The notes below the pieces were generated by a model. The model was not told where the DNA came from, did not search any database, and saw only the letters and a program-made list of their open reading frames with translations. The translations under genes were made by a program, and so were the position numbers. A stretch of 64,000 nucleotides of DNA from an uncultured Gemmataceae bacterium (GTDB taxonomy: Bacteria > Planctomycetota > Planctomycetia > Gemmatales > Gemmataceae), in assembly GCA_963750165.1 (NCBI GenBank), contig CAVVPN010000011.1, positions 352,001 to 416,000 of the forward strand, read 5' to 3'. Below, one piece after another: positions 51,248-61,649 of this stretch (position 1 is the stretch's first letter; every line of letters begins with the position of its first letter).

Positions 51248-51973
51248 ATGACGGGTTATGTTTTTGAACCGCAAGTTGATGAGGAGGAATGGCTCGACCT
51301 TTCCACCCACAACTTCTGGCGGGTATGGTGTTCCATGCCGTACCCGGAAGGGCTGGGCGTGCCGGATCGCAAAAAGTTCCTGCTCGTCGCACACCTGCTG
51401 CGGCAGATCGCCGACCAACTGACCGATCCGGTATTCGTTAGCGCGATCGAAGCGGGGGAGCAGTACGCGGACGGCCTGATCAATTCAGAGGAAATGTGGG
51501 AGGCATACGAACGGGCGTTGGTCGTTTATGACACGACACCCCGGCCGCACCAGGCCGCGGCAGACGCGGTCGATGCGGCCCAGCGGTATCTGTACGACCA
51601 AGGTGAGACGGCAGAAATGGTGGTCGGGGCGGCCGGGTCGCGGGCCGCCCATTTAGCCGGCGGCCGGGGCGAACGAGCCAAGGCCGCACGCCGCAATGCG
51701 ATGGACGCGATGGAAGCGTTGATCCGCCGGCTGATCCACGAGGTACATGGCAACCCATTCCGCCCCGTCACCTTCGCCCCGGAATGGCGGACGGGCGCCG
51801 TCGTTGCTCTGGCCCGGCAGATGTACGACACCCGCGATTTCGCCGTGATGCCGATTCTCGGCGACGCCCTCGAAGAAGCCGGCTGCACCGAAGCCGCCAT
51901 CCTGGAGCACGTGTGCGGTCCCGGGCCGCACATCCGCGGTTGCTGGGTGGTGGATCTGGTCCTGGGGAAGTAG
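51248..51973 (+). CDS. Gemmataceae-type hypothetical protein (NPFRP..PILxDALEEAGC..HxRGCWVVDL family)
   Basis: C-terminal GNPFRPVTFAPEWRT..MPILGDALEEAGC..GPHIRGCWVVDLVLGK; the 5' part is less GC-biased than the LDH gene. Confidence 0.75.
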   Translation: MTGYVFEPQVDEEEWLDLSTHNFWRVWCSMPYPEGLGVPDRKKFLLVAHLLRQIADQLTDPVFVSAIEAGEQYADGLINSEEMWEAYERALVVYDTTPRPHQAAADAVDAAQRYLYDQGETAEMVVGAAGSRAAHLAGGRGERAKAARRNAMDAMEALIRRLIHEVHGNPFRPVTFAPEWRTGAVVALARQMYDTRDFAVMPILGDALEEAGCTEAAILEHVCGPGPHIRGCWVVDLVLGK

Positions 51974-52050
51974 GCAGAAGCGGCGCTAACCGGGGTGCGT
52001 GGGCGGCTGTGTGTGTGTAGGGCGCAATGCAATCCAATTGCTGATGAGTC

Positions 52051-53262
52051 ATGGTCGAAAAAACGCTCGATAAAAAACTGCGGCGCCTCCACGCCGACCC
52101 GCTGCGCTGCAAGGACTTCATCCTCGCCGACGCCAAGGACGCCGACATGGCCCTGAGCATCGGCGCCCCCGGCCGCTCGCCCGAGGCGCACCCCGGTGAG
52201 GTCCGTTACCGCAGCCTGGCCGAGTTCCGCGCCATCATCGCGCAAATCGTCGAGCAGCAGCTGGTGGACATCATGCTGATGTCGGCGAGCACCAGTGAAG
52301 TGTTGACGATCCACCGGCGCCTCTTCGATGACAGCCCGGTGACACCGGCGGCCCGTGCCAACGACACCACCGACATCCACATCCTGCGCGGCGGCAAGTA
52401 CACCGCGCACCCGTCGCTGCCGTTCCGCACCGCGACGCTCGACCACATGCAGTGCGGCCACCTCGACTGCACCGCGGAGGAACGCACGCTTGGCGTCAAC
52501 CTCGGCCTGTACAGCATCACCTTCACCAACGACACCGTCCTCGACCGCGCCGCCCTGGAGGAGTACAACCGCTTCCGCCTGGAGGCCGAGCGCAAGGGCT
52601 TCCGTCACTTCCTGGAAATTTTTGACCCGAATGTGCCGAACGCCGTGGACCCGGCGAAGCTGCCCGAGTTCATCAACGACGCCATCGTGCGCACGCTCGG
52701 CGGCGTCACGGCGCAGGGCCGGCCGCTGTTTTTGAAAATGGTCTACCACGGTCCGAAGGCGCTGGAGGAACTGGTCCACTACGATCCGCACCTGGTCGTC
52801 GGCATCCTCGGCGGCTCGGCGGGCACGACCTACGACGCGTTCAAGCTGCTCGCTGAGGCGAGGAAGTACGGCGCCCGCGTGGCGCTGTTCGGCCGCAAGA
52901 TCAACAACGCCGAGAACCAGTTCGCGTTCATCCGCTTTCTGCGGCTGATCGCGGACGGGGTGGTCGGCCCGGAGGAGGCGGTGCGCGCCTATCACGGCGT
53001 CCTGCAAAACCTCGGCGTCAAGCCGCACCGGTCGCTGGCGGACGACCTGCAACTGCAAACCAATGTGATGCACTACGGCGGCAACGGCACCACGATCAGC
53101 CTGCCACCCGCACCACGATCCGAAGCGTCCTGTGCCTGCCAGACCGCAGCCACGGCGGAGCGGGAGTGTCACTGCCAGCCGACGGAGCGGGACTTCCGCA
53201 CCATGACGCCGGCCCAGAAGATCGCCTATCACAAGGCCCGCTGGGACCGCATCCTGGGGTAG
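52051..53262 (+). CDS. Hypothetical TIM-barrel protein, class I (DhnA/LsrF-like) aldolase-like
   Basis: Host-like codons; FLKMVY..VGILGGS..GARVALFGRKI resembles the C-terminal half of DhnA-type aldolases. Confidence 0.65.
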   Translation: MVEKTLDKKLRRLHADPLRCKDFILADAKDADMALSIGAPGRSPEAHPGEVRYRSLAEFRAIIAQIVEQQLVDIMLMSASTSEVLTIHRRLFDDSPVTPAARANDTTDIHILRGGKYTAHPSLPFRTATLDHMQCGHLDCTAEERTLGVNLGLYSITFTNDTVLDRAALEEYNRFRLEAERKGFRHFLEIFDPNVPNAVDPAKLPEFINDAIVRTLGGVTAQGRPLFLKMVYHGPKALEELVHYDPHLVVGILGGSAGTTYDAFKLLAEARKYGARVALFGRKINNAENQFAFIRFLRLIADGVVGPEEAVRAYHGVLQNLGVKPHRSLADDLQLQTNVMHYGGNGTTISLPPAPRSEASCACQTAATAERECHCQPTERDFRTMTPAQKIAYHKARWDRILG

Positions 53263-53415
53263 CATCCGCGCTGTCGTTCGCCCTGCGAAGATGAAGCGGA
53301 TTTTAAGTGCGGCTCACTTCCAGTTCAGGCCCTTCGATTACAATCTCCTTTATGGAACGGGTGGCGGCCCCACGTCGGGACAGTCGCCGAAACCATGCTT
53401 TCCGGAGGGGATTCC

Positions 53416-53964
53416 ATGCCTGTATGTCTGCGTTGGCTGGCGGCGTGTGTCGTCCTGGTATTGTTGTTGGGCACGGGCAGCGTGCAAGGCGGCAACCGCG
53501 AGGACGGGCAGAAAGCGAAAGCCAGGGCCAAAAAGGATGGCCAAAAGCAGACCGGCCAGCACGAAGACGAGGACCGGCCGGCCAAGGCCCAGGGCAAGAA
53601 GAAGGGCGAGGACGACGAGCACAAGGGTGAAGGCAAGGCCAGGACTGGCAAGGGAAAGAAGGGCGAGGACGACGACGAGCGCGAAGAGCGCGCGAGCAAG
53701 GCCAAGGGTAAGAAGAAAGAAGGCGACCGCGACGAACGCGACGGCCGGAACCATCAGTCCGGCTTTCAGGGCGAGCAGCGCGGCGAACACGACGATGCCA
53801 AACCCGCCAAAGGCAAAACTCAAACCAAGGGTAGGGAGAACGCGGGCGGCAAGCAGTCGATCCGGGAGTCCCATTCGACCGACCGCACTGCCGAGTTGGA
53901 GCGGCGCCTGGACCGTCTGCTGACGGAACTGGAGGCATTGCGGCGCGAGTTGCGGAAGAAGTAA
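53416..53964 (+). CDS. Secreted low-complexity Lys/Glu/Asp-rich protein with C-terminal coiled coil
   Basis: GGAGG RBS; signal peptide; GKxKKGEDDE-like repeats; LERRLDRLLTELEALRREL. Confidence 0.7.
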   Translation: MPVCLRWLAACVVLVLLLGTGSVQGGNREDGQKAKARAKKDGQKQTGQHEDEDRPAKAQGKKKGEDDEHKGEGKARTGKGKKGEDDDEREERASKAKGKKKEGDRDERDGRNHQSGFQGEQRGEHDDAKPAKGKTQTKGRENAGGKQSIRESHSTDRTAELERRLDRLLTELEALRRELRKK

Positions 53965-54006
53965 AACCAGCCGCCCTATCCGTTCATTTACAATCAGGAG
54001 GAAGCG

Positions 54007-54510
54007 ATGCGGAAGCTGATCGGGGCCACTTTGGTGGCGGTATTGTGCCTGGTGGCGTGGGTGGGTGCCCGGGAGGGCGGTGAGCAAAAGGTGCCGCTCG
54101 ACAAGGTGCCGAAGGCCATCCTGGACAACGTGAAAACCCGCTTCCCCGGCGCCAAATTGCTCGGCGCCTCCTCCGAGAAGGAGGACGGCAAGGTCGTCTA
54201 CGAGATCGAGTTGACATACAAGGACCTGCACCACGACGTGACCTACGCGGCCAACGGCACGCTCATCCTTATCGAACGTGCGATCGCCTTCAAGAACCTG
54301 CCGAAGGTGGTCAGGACCACGCTGGAGAAAGAGTACCCGAAGGCTACTTACAAGATCATCGAGGAGGTCATCAAGGTGGCCGGCGGCAAGGAAATGCTGG
54401 ACTTCTACGAGGCGCACCTGCAAACGGCGGACAAGAAGACCATCGAGGTCGAGATCCTGCCGAACGGCAAGATCAAGAAGCCCGCGGCCAAACCGGAGTT
54501 GAAAAAGTAA
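54007..54510 (+). CDS. PepSY-like (BLIP-like) periplasmic protein
   Basis: AGGAGG RBS; signal peptide; two repeats VPKAILDNVKTRFP..YEIEL and LPKVVRTTLEKEYP..YEAHL. Confidence 0.85.
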   Translation: MRKLIGATLVAVLCLVAWVGAREGGEQKVPLDKVPKAILDNVKTRFPGAKLLGASSEKEDGKVVYEIELTYKDLHHDVTYAANGTLILIERAIAFKNLPKVVRTTLEKEYPKATYKIIEEVIKVAGGKEMLDFYEAHLQTADKKTIEVEILPNGKIKKPAAKPELKK

Positions 54511-54522
54511 GGTCTCTTTTCT

Positions 54523-54556
54523 GCCGCTGGCGGCCTGGCGCCAGGCCGCCAGCGGC
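54523..54556. repeat. REP-like palindrome, family B
   Basis: GCCGCTGGCGGCCTGG-CG-CCAGGCCGCCAGCGGC. Confidence 0.75.
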
Positions 54557-54572
54557 GGAACAGGGCGGCATC

Positions 54573-55250
54573 ATGGGCATTCGCATCCTGGTGATCGAGG
54601 ACGAGGCCGACGTGGCTGACTACCTCGTCCGCGGTCTGCGCGAGGAGGGCTTCACCGTCGAGCACGCCGCCGATGGCCCGACCGCCTGGCACGCGCTGCG
54701 GCACGGCCCCTGGGACGTGGTGCTGCTCGACTGGTGGCTGCCCGGCGAGGACGGCCTGTCGCTGCTGCGCCGCTTCCGCCAGGGCGACCGCGATACACCG
54801 GTGCTGTTCCTGACCGCGCGCGATGCCGTCTCCGACCGTGTCCGTGGTCTGGATAACGGCGCCGACGATTACCTGTGCAAGCCCTTCGCCTTCGAGGAAT
54901 TGCTGGCCCGCGTCCGCGTCCTGGCCCGCCGCCGCGAACGCCAGCCCGGCACCACGGTCAGCCACGCCGGCGTCCGCATCGACCTCGCCACCCAGCGCGC
55001 CGACCGCGACGGCCACCCCCTCGACCTGACTGCCAAGGAACAATCGCTGCTGCTGTTCTTCCTCCGCCACCCCAATGAGGTGCTGTCGCGCATGCGCATC
55101 TATGAGCACGTCTGGGACGAGCGCTTCGACGGCCTGTCGAACACGCTGGAGGTCCACGTCAAGGAGCTGCGCCGCAAGTTGGAGGCACACGGGCCGCGGT
55201 TGATCCACACGCTGCGCGGCCGCGGCTACGTTTTCGGAGAGGCGCCATGA
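54573..55250 (+). CDS. OmpR-family response regulator (CusR/CzcR-like)
   Basis: ILVIEDE, LLDWWLP, FLTARD, GADDYLCKPF, LIHTLRGRGY. Confidence 0.95.
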   Translation: MGIRILVIEDEADVADYLVRGLREEGFTVEHAADGPTAWHALRHGPWDVVLLDWWLPGEDGLSLLRRFRQGDRDTPVLFLTARDAVSDRVRGLDNGADDYLCKPFAFEELLARVRVLARRRERQPGTTVSHAGVRIDLATQRADRDGHPLDLTAKEQSLLLFFLRHPNEVLSRMRIYEHVWDERFDGLSNTLEVHVKELRRKLEAHGPRLIHTLRGRGYVFGEAP

Positions 55251-56695
55251 GTTTGACGACACGACTGACGGCGTTCCTGCTGCTGGCGCTGGCGGTGGTG
55301 CTGGCCGGCTTCTCGGCGGCGCTGTACTTCCTGGCCCGCGCCTACCTGGAGCGGCAGACGGACGAGCGACTGACGGCCGCCTTGGACACGCTGGCGGCGT
55401 CGGCGGAAGTGGGCCGAGACGGCATCGAGTGGGAACGGCATGAGCGCGTCCGGACCATTGGAAAAGACCGCGGCCCCGATCAGGTCCGCTGGATCGTCCA
55501 CGGCGACGAGGGCCGCGTGCTGGAGCACTCCGCCAACCTGACCGGCGAGGAATTGCAGCCGGTCAAGGTAAAAAACAAGATGGACATCTTGATGAGTCGT
55601 CTGTCGGATAGCCAGGTTATCGAGCGAGAGGGACAGCGCTGGCGTGTGCGGAGTCGCCATCTGACATACCTGGGGGCTCCATTGAACGGGGTCCATTTCC
55701 CAAGGCAAACCAGCGTCAGGGAAAACCGACATTCCGGGCTGATCCTGACGGCCGCCGTCTCCCTGGCGCCGCAGGAGGAAGCGCTTTACAACCTGGTGCG
55801 GGCCCTGGCCGTGCTGTCGGTGGGCGTGCTACTCACGGCGGCGCTGCTCGGCCGCTGGTACTGCCGCCGGGCGCTGGCGCCGGTGACGGCGATGGCAACC
55901 GCCGCGCGTGACATGAGCGCCGGTGACTTCGACGGCCGCCTGCCCGCCCCCGGCACCCGCGACGAACTCGCCGATTTGGCCGCGGCGTTCAACGGCCTGC
56001 TCGGGCGGTTGCAGGAGGCGTTCGAGCGGCAGCGGCGCTTCACCGGCGACGCCTCGCACCAGTTGCGGACACCGCTGGCCGCCATGCTCGGGCAAGTGGA
56101 AGTCGGCCTGCGCCGCGAGCGCACGCCGGAGGACTACCGCGGCGTGCTCGTGCGGGTGCAGAACCAGGCCCAGCACCTGCGCGACATCGTGGAGATGCTG
56201 CTGTTCCTGGCCCGCGCCGACGCCGAGGCCCAGCTGCCACAGCTGGAGGTGGTCGAGCTGTCCGAATGGCTGACCGGGCACTTGCAGCACTGGCGCGAGC
56301 ACGCGCGCTGGGCGGATTTTCAGGTCCAGGCCGCGCCCGCTCCGGCGCGCGTGCAGCCGGCGCTGCTCGGCCAGCTGGTCGATAACCTGCTGGACAACGC
56401 TTGCAAGTACAGCCCGCCGGGCACGCCGATCACGGTGCGCGTCGAGGCGGACGCGGATGGGGTGACGCTGGCGGTCGAGGACGGCGGCCCCGGTGTTGGC
56501 CCGGAGGACGTGCCGCACCTGTTTGAGCCGTTCTTCCGCTCCGAACAGGCCCGGCGGTTGGGGTTGGCGGGCGTTGGCCTCGGGTTGGCCGTGGCCCGGC
56601 GTATCGCCACCGCGCTGGGCGGTATGCTCACGCTGGACGCCGCGCCCGGCCGGGGCGCGCGCTTCGTCACGCGCTTGCCGGCGGTCGTCGGCTAG
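55247..56695 (+). CDS. HAMP-domain sensor histidine kinase (CusS/CzcS-like)
   Basis: Two TMs, HAMP domain, DASHQLRTPL, NLLDNACKY, DGGPGV, GVGLGL. Confidence 0.93.
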   Translation: MSLTTRLTAFLLLALAVVLAGFSAALYFLARAYLERQTDERLTAALDTLAASAEVGRDGIEWERHERVRTIGKDRGPDQVRWIVHGDEGRVLEHSANLTGEELQPVKVKNKMDILMSRLSDSQVIEREGQRWRVRSRHLTYLGAPLNGVHFPRQTSVRENRHSGLILTAAVSLAPQEEALYNLVRALAVLSVGVLLTAALLGRWYCRRALAPVTAMATAARDMSAGDFDGRLPAPGTRDELADLAAAFNGLLGRLQEAFERQRRFTGDASHQLRTPLAAMLGQVEVGLRRERTPEDYRGVLVRVQNQAQHLRDIVEMLLFLARADAEAQLPQLEVVELSEWLTGHLQHWREHARWADFQVQAAPAPARVQPALLGQLVDNLLDNACKYSPPGTPITVRVEADADGVTLAVEDGGPGVGPEDVPHLFEPFFRSEQARRLGLAGVGLGLAVARRIATALGGMLTLDAAPGRGARFVTRLPAVVG

Positions 56696-56968
56696 AGCGT
56701 GTTGCCGCTGGGCGTGGCGGTGTTATTCTGGTCCGACAAGACCGCATCCGCCGCCGGCAACTCCCTCCAGTCGCTACCGCCGGTCGCCTCGCGCGCTCGC
56801 CTTGGTCCGGTTTTGGGGCCAGTGCGGAAGACAGGGCTGAGCGGGAAAGATTTGCCGCTCCGTCAGGCCAAAACGTGATTGCCGGCCGCTACCCCCCAGG
56901 GTTCAATACGATAGCATGGCGAAAGTTTGTCGATCCTGACGCCGCCTGGTCGCCGGAGAGTTCCCTTC

Positions 56969-58243
56969 ATGAAAACGCTGATGCCGGCCGCGACGCTGCT
57001 GCTGGGGGCGGCACTGCTGGCCCTGCCCGGCCTGGGCTGCAACCAGCCAAAATCGGGCGGCGGCACCGCCGCGGCGCCCACGCAAAAGCCCAAGTCCGAG
57101 GGTGAGTTAGCCTACTTGCTTCTGGCCCAGGATGAGGTCAAGAACCTGGTTGAAACGCAGAAGATCAAGCCGCGGCTCGTCCAGGCCCACGCCGACCTGA
57201 CCGGCTGGGTCACGCCCAAACAGGGCCACGAGGTCACGCTGACCGCGCCGGTCCCCGGTTACGTCCTCGACCCGGCCAGGGACCGGTTGCTGCCGATCGT
57301 CGGTCAGATGGTCCAGGCCGACGACGTGCTGCTCCGCATCCGGCCCCAGCTTTCTCCGGTCGAGATCGTTCAGGTCGATCTGCTCAAGAACGGCGTCGAA
57401 CTCGAAGTGACCAAGGCGAAGGAGACACTCAAGCTCGCCGGGATGGAGTACGAGCGCACCTACGACCTGTCCAAGAGCGGCCTCGCGCAGCAGCAGGATC
57501 TCGACCAGAAAGCGATGCGCCTCAAACACGCCCAGAAAGATTTCGAGGCCGCGGAAAGCAAGATGAAACTGTTCCTGTATAACACGCTCGCCGTGGTCGC
57601 ACCGCGGGCCGGCAAGGTGGCCATCGTCCATGTCAGCCCTGGTCAGTACGTGCCGGCGGCGGCGCCGCTGCTCACCATCCTGGATTTCAACCCCGTCTGG
57701 GTGCGCGTACCGCTGCCGGAGGAAGACCTGCCGCGATTGGACCGCCAGCAGGACGCCACGGTAGCGCTGCGCACGGCGCTTGCCGAGCGCGGCAAGGCGG
57801 ATAACGGCAAGGTCGGCTGGGCCGAACTGCCGTCGTTCACGGCGGCGCTGGTGGCCGTGGTGCCGCTCGTGGACCCCGGCCGCCATACGGTGGACGTGAT
57901 CTACGAGTTGAAGCAAGCGCAGGACCGGCCGGTGCCGGCCGAACTGTTCGCCAAGGATTTGATGGTCACGGCCCACCTGCCGCTGGGCGAAAAGCGCGAC
58001 GAGAGCCTGGTGCCGTACTCCGCCGTCGTCTTCGATGCCCACGGCGGTGCCTGGATCTACCTGGACCGCGGCAAGGCCAAGTCCGGCAAGCAGCAGTACC
58101 AGCGCCAGCGCATCGAAGTCGGCGCCCGCGTCGGCAACGCGGTGATCGTCCGCCCGACGTTGGCCGCGGACACCTCCGTGGTCACACGCGGTGCCGCCGA
58201 GTTGTTCAGCATTGAGTTCTACAAGGCGCGCGTCAACCCCTAA
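56969..58243 (+). CDS. RND efflux periplasmic adaptor (heavy-metal type lipoprotein)
   Basis: Lipobox GLGC, TAPVPG, APRAGKV..PGQYV, VPYSAVVFD; directly upstream of the RND permease. Confidence 0.85.
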   Translation: MKTLMPAATLLLGAALLALPGLGCNQPKSGGGTAAAPTQKPKSEGELAYLLLAQDEVKNLVETQKIKPRLVQAHADLTGWVTPKQGHEVTLTAPVPGYVLDPARDRLLPIVGQMVQADDVLLRIRPQLSPVEIVQVDLLKNGVELEVTKAKETLKLAGMEYERTYDLSKSGLAQQQDLDQKAMRLKHAQKDFEAAESKMKLFLYNTLAVVAPRAGKVAIVHVSPGQYVPAAAPLLTILDFNPVWVRVPLPEEDLPRLDRQQDATVALRTALAERGKADNGKVGWAELPSFTAALVAVVPLVDPGRHTVDVIYELKQAQDRPVPAELFAKDLMVTAHLPLGEKRDESLVPYSAVVFDAHGGAWIYLDRGKAKSGKQQYQRQRIEVGARVGNAVIVRPTLAADTSVVTRGAAELFSIEFYKARVNP

Positions 58244-58291
58244 CCAAACTCCCCTCTTCCCGGGCGCGGGTGAGGGGCAAGAGTCGCTACC

Positions 58292-61200
58292 ATGCTCCGT
58301 TCCCTGGTCCAGGCGTCGTTGCGCTTCCGCTTTGTGGTCGTCCTCGCCGCGCTGGCGCTGATCGTCGTCGGCGTCTACTCCATCCAGCACACGCCGCTCG
58401 ACGTGTTCCCCGAGTTCGCGCCGCCACGGGTCGAGGTGCAGACCGAGGCGCCCGGCATGTCGAGCGAGTCGGTCGAGAGCCTCGTCACCATCCCGCTGGA
58501 AAACGCGGTCAACGGCGTGCCGCAGATGACCGTGCTGCGCTCCAAGTCGGTGCAGGGCCTGTCGTCGGTGGTGATGCTCTTCGACCGCGACACCGACCTG
58601 TTCAAGGTGCGACAGATGGTCGCGGAGCGCGTCGCCGAGGTCAAGCACCAGCTGCCGCAGCAGGTCGGCACGCCGCGGCTGATGCCGCCCTTGTCGTCCA
58701 CCAGCCGCGTGCTGCACATCGGCCTGACCGCCAAACCGAAGGAGCAGCTCAAGCCCGGCGAGCCCGAACTCGATCAGACGGACGTGTCGGTGCTGATGAA
58801 ATGGGTGATCGGCCCGCGGTTGCTGGCGGTGCCGGGCGTCGCCAACGTCTCGACCTACGGCCTGCACGACAAGCAGTTCCAGGTGCTCATCAAGCCGCAG
58901 GTGCTGCGCGACTACGGCCTGACGCTGGAGCAGGTCAAGGCGGCACTGAAGAACGGCGTCATCTACGGCGGCCTCGGCTACCACGTGTCGCCGAACCAGC
59001 AGATCGCCCTGCACTACATCACGCGCATTGAGCGTCAGGAAGACCTCAAGCAGATTGTCGTGGCCCATCGCAAGGACACGACGCCGTTGCTGCTCGGCCA
59101 GGTGGCGACCATCAAGCCGGGCAACCCGCTGTTCATCGGCGACGGCGTCGTCAATGACCGCCCTGGCCTGTTCGTCGTCGTCGAAAAATTCCCCTGGGCG
59201 AACACGCTGCAGGTGACCCGCGAGACCGAAAAGGTCATGAAGACACTGGAACCGAGCCTGCCCGGTGTCGAGGTCACAACCAAAATCTTCCGCCCCGCCA
59301 CGTTCATCGAACACGCGCTGGACAACCTCCAGTTCGCCATGATCGTCGGCTGCATTCTGGTGGCGCTCATCCTGATCGCCTTCCTGTTCGAGTGGCGCAC
59401 CGCCGTCATCAGCCTGACCGCCATACCGCTATCCATCGTCGCTGCGCTACTGGTGCTCAGCCGCCTGGGCATGACCATTAACACCATGGTGCTCGCGGGC
59501 CTGGCCATCGCGGTCGGCGAGGTCGTGGACGACGCCATTATTGACGTGGAAAACATCGTCCGGCGACTCCAGGAGAACCGCAAGCTCGGGAATCCGCGCT
59601 CCGCCTTTCGCGTGGTGCTGGACGCCTCACTGGAGGTGCGCAGCGCCGTCGTCTACGCCAGTTTCATTGTGGTGTTCGTGTGCCTGCCGATCTTCTTCCT
59701 GGGCGGCGTGGCCGGGTCATTTTTCCAGCCGCTGGCGCTGGCATACATCTTCGCCATCATGGCGTCGCTGGTGGTCGCCCTGGTCGTGACGCCGGCGCTG
59801 TGCTACATCCTGCTGCCCGGGGCCATCGACAAGCACCGCACCGCACCGCTGGTCGTGGCCATCCGCGCCGTCTACAGTCGCGTGTTGCCGACGTTCCTCC
59901 GCCGGCCCGTCATCGTCTTCGGCGCCCTCGTGGCGCTGTTCGCCGCCGCCGCCTGGCTGTACCCGCATCTCAAGGAGGCGTACCTGCCGCAGTTCCAGGA
60001 GAACGATTTCCTGATGCACTGGGTCGCCAAGCCCGGCACCAACATCGACGTACTCCGTGAGGACATCATCAAGGTCAGCAAGGAAATGCGCACCACCACA
60101 AAGGTGAAGGAATTCGGCTCGCACATCGCCCGCGCCGAGGTTGGCGAGGAGGTCTACGGTCCGAACTTTTCCGAGCTGTGGGTCAGCCTCGGCGACGACC
60201 CGGTTGAGGACTATCCGAAGGCGCGCAAGGACATTGAAGCGGTCATGGCCCGCTACCCCGGTTATCAGCACGACCTGTTAACCTATCTGCAAGAACGCAT
60301 CCGTGAGGTGCTGACCGGCGGCAGCAGCGGCGCCAGCGTCGTGCTGCGCATCTACGGGCCGGACCTGGGCGGGCTGCGCGATCGCGCGGCGGAGGTGGAG
60401 CAGGCCATCGCCAAGGGGCCGGACGGCAAAATGGTCGAGGGCGTCATCAACCTCAAGGTCGAACCGCAAGTGCTGGTGCCGCAGTTCCAGCTGGTCATCG
60501 ACCCGCGCCGTGCCGCCGACCACGGCCTGACCGCCAAGGCCATCGTTGATAGCGTCAATGCCCTGGTCAACGGCGTCAAGGTCGCAGAGGTCCACCAGAA
60601 TCAGATGATCTTTGACGTGGTCGTCTGGGGCGACCCGAGTATCCGCCGCACGTACCCGGATCTGGAAAAACTCGACATCGACCTGCCGACCACGAAAGGC
60701 GGCACGGTGCCGCTTAAGGCCGTCGCCGAGCTGCGCCGGGTCAACGCCCCGAACACCGTGCGCCGCGACAAGGCGTCGCGCTGCATCGACGTGACCTGCA
60801 ACATCAAGGACCGCGACCTCGGCAGCGTCGTCCGCGACATCGAGGCGCGCGTCGGCGCGCTGCCGGCGCGAACCGGTTACCGTATCGAGTTCCTGGGTGA
60901 GTACCAGGCCCGCGAGGAGAATCAGCGGCAGTTGCTCGGCGTTAGCCTGCTGGCGCTGCTGGGTATTGCGGTGCTGCTGTACATCGACTTCCGTTCGGTG
61001 CGGCTGATGCTGCTGGTGATGCTGACGCTGCCGTTCGCGCTGATCGGCGGCGTGGCGGCGGCGTACGCCGCTGGCGGCGTGCTGTCGCTCGGCTCGCTGG
61101 TCGGCTTTATCACGGTCATCGGCATCGCGGCGCGCAACGGTATCATGCTCGTCAGCCATTACCGCCACCTGGAGACGGTCGAGGGCGTGCCCTTCGGCCG

Positions 61201-61543
61201 TGAGTTGGTGCTGCGCGGTTCCGCCGAGCGCGTCGCGCCCATCCTCATGACGGCGCTGGCAGCGGGCCTGGGTCTGTTGCCGCTGGCGCTGAGCGGTAGC
61301 AAGCCCGGCTACGAGGTCGAGTACCCGATGGCGGTCGTCATCCTCGGCGGTCTGACCACATCGACGCTGCTGAACCTGCTGGTGCTGCCAGTGCTCTACG
61401 AGCGCTTCGGCCGTGTGCTGCCGCGCGAGGAGGGCGACGAGGACGAGCCGGCCCACCCGGTTGCCGCCGCGAAGGAAACCAACGGTGAAGCCGCCTCACG
61501 AGATGTGCCTGTCGCTCTGGGCGAGCAGGGGGCACTCGCCTGA
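58292..61543 (+). CDS. RND efflux permease, CzcA/CusA (HME)-like
   Basis: [59 protein letters not shown]. Confidence 0.93.
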   Translation: MLRSLVQASLRFRFVVVLAALALIVVGVYSIQHTPLDVFPEFAPPRVEVQTEAPGMSSESVESLVTIPLENAVNGVPQMTVLRSKSVQGLSSVVMLFDRDTDLFKVRQMVAERVAEVKHQLPQQVGTPRLMPPLSSTSRVLHIGLTAKPKEQLKPGEPELDQTDVSVLMKWVIGPRLLAVPGVANVSTYGLHDKQFQVLIKPQVLRDYGLTLEQVKAALKNGVIYGGLGYHVSPNQQIALHYITRIERQEDLKQIVVAHRKDTTPLLLGQVATIKPGNPLFIGDGVVNDRPGLFVVVEKFPWANTLQVTRETEKVMKTLEPSLPGVEVTTKIFRPATFIEHALDNLQFAMIVGCILVALILIAFLFEWRTAVISLTAIPLSIVAALLVLSRLGMTINTMVLAGLAIAVGEVVDDAIIDVENIVRRLQENRKLGNPRSAFRVVLDASLEVRSAVVYASFIVVFVCLPIFFLGGVAGSFFQPLALAYIFAIMASLVVALVVTPALCYILLPGAIDKHRTAPLVVAIRAVYSRVLPTFLRRPVIVFGALVALFAAAAWLYPHLKEAYLPQFQENDFLMHWVAKPGTNIDVLREDIIKVSKEMRTTTKVKEFGSHIARAEVGEEVYGPNFSELWVSLGDDPVEDYPKARKDIEAVMARYPGYQHDLLTYLQERIREVLTGGSSGASVVLRIYGPDLGGLRDRAAEVEQAIAKGPDGKMVEGVINLKVEPQVLVPQFQLVIDPRRAADHGLTAKAIVDSVNALVNGVKVAEVHQNQMIFDVVVWGDPSIRRTYPDLEKLDIDLPTTKGGTVPLKAVAELRRVNAPNTVRRDKASRCIDVTCNIKDRDLGSVVRDIEARVGALPARTGYRIEFLGEYQAREENQRQLLGVSLLALLGIAVLLYIDFRSVRLMLLVMLTLPFALIGGVAAAYAAGGVLSLGSLVGFITVIGIAARNGIMLVSHYRHLETVEGVPFGRELVLRGSAERVAPILMTALAAGLGLLPLALSGSKPGYEVEYPMAVVILGGLTTSTLLNLLVLPVLYERFGRVLPREEGDEDEPAHPVAAAKETNGEAASRDVPVALGEQGALA

Positions 61544-61557
61544 TTGCGGCGGCTTGT

Positions 61558-61619
61558 CTCTGGTCCGAGCCCGAGCGCCAGCGAGAGGCCCCTCGCTGGC
61601 GCTCGGGCTTTGACCAGAG
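61558..61619. repeat. REP-like long palindrome
   Basis: CTCTGGTC..AGCCCGAGCGCCAGCGAG-N6-CTCGCTGGCGCTCGGGCT..GACCAGAG. Confidence 0.75.
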
Positions 61620-61649
61620 CGGGTTGTTGATCTGGAGCAAGCAGGAACC

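Noticed and set aside
50189..51973. Genuine 594-aa LDH fusion protein
   Set aside because: Better explained by a 2-nt deletion that bypasses the stop; unproven without reads.
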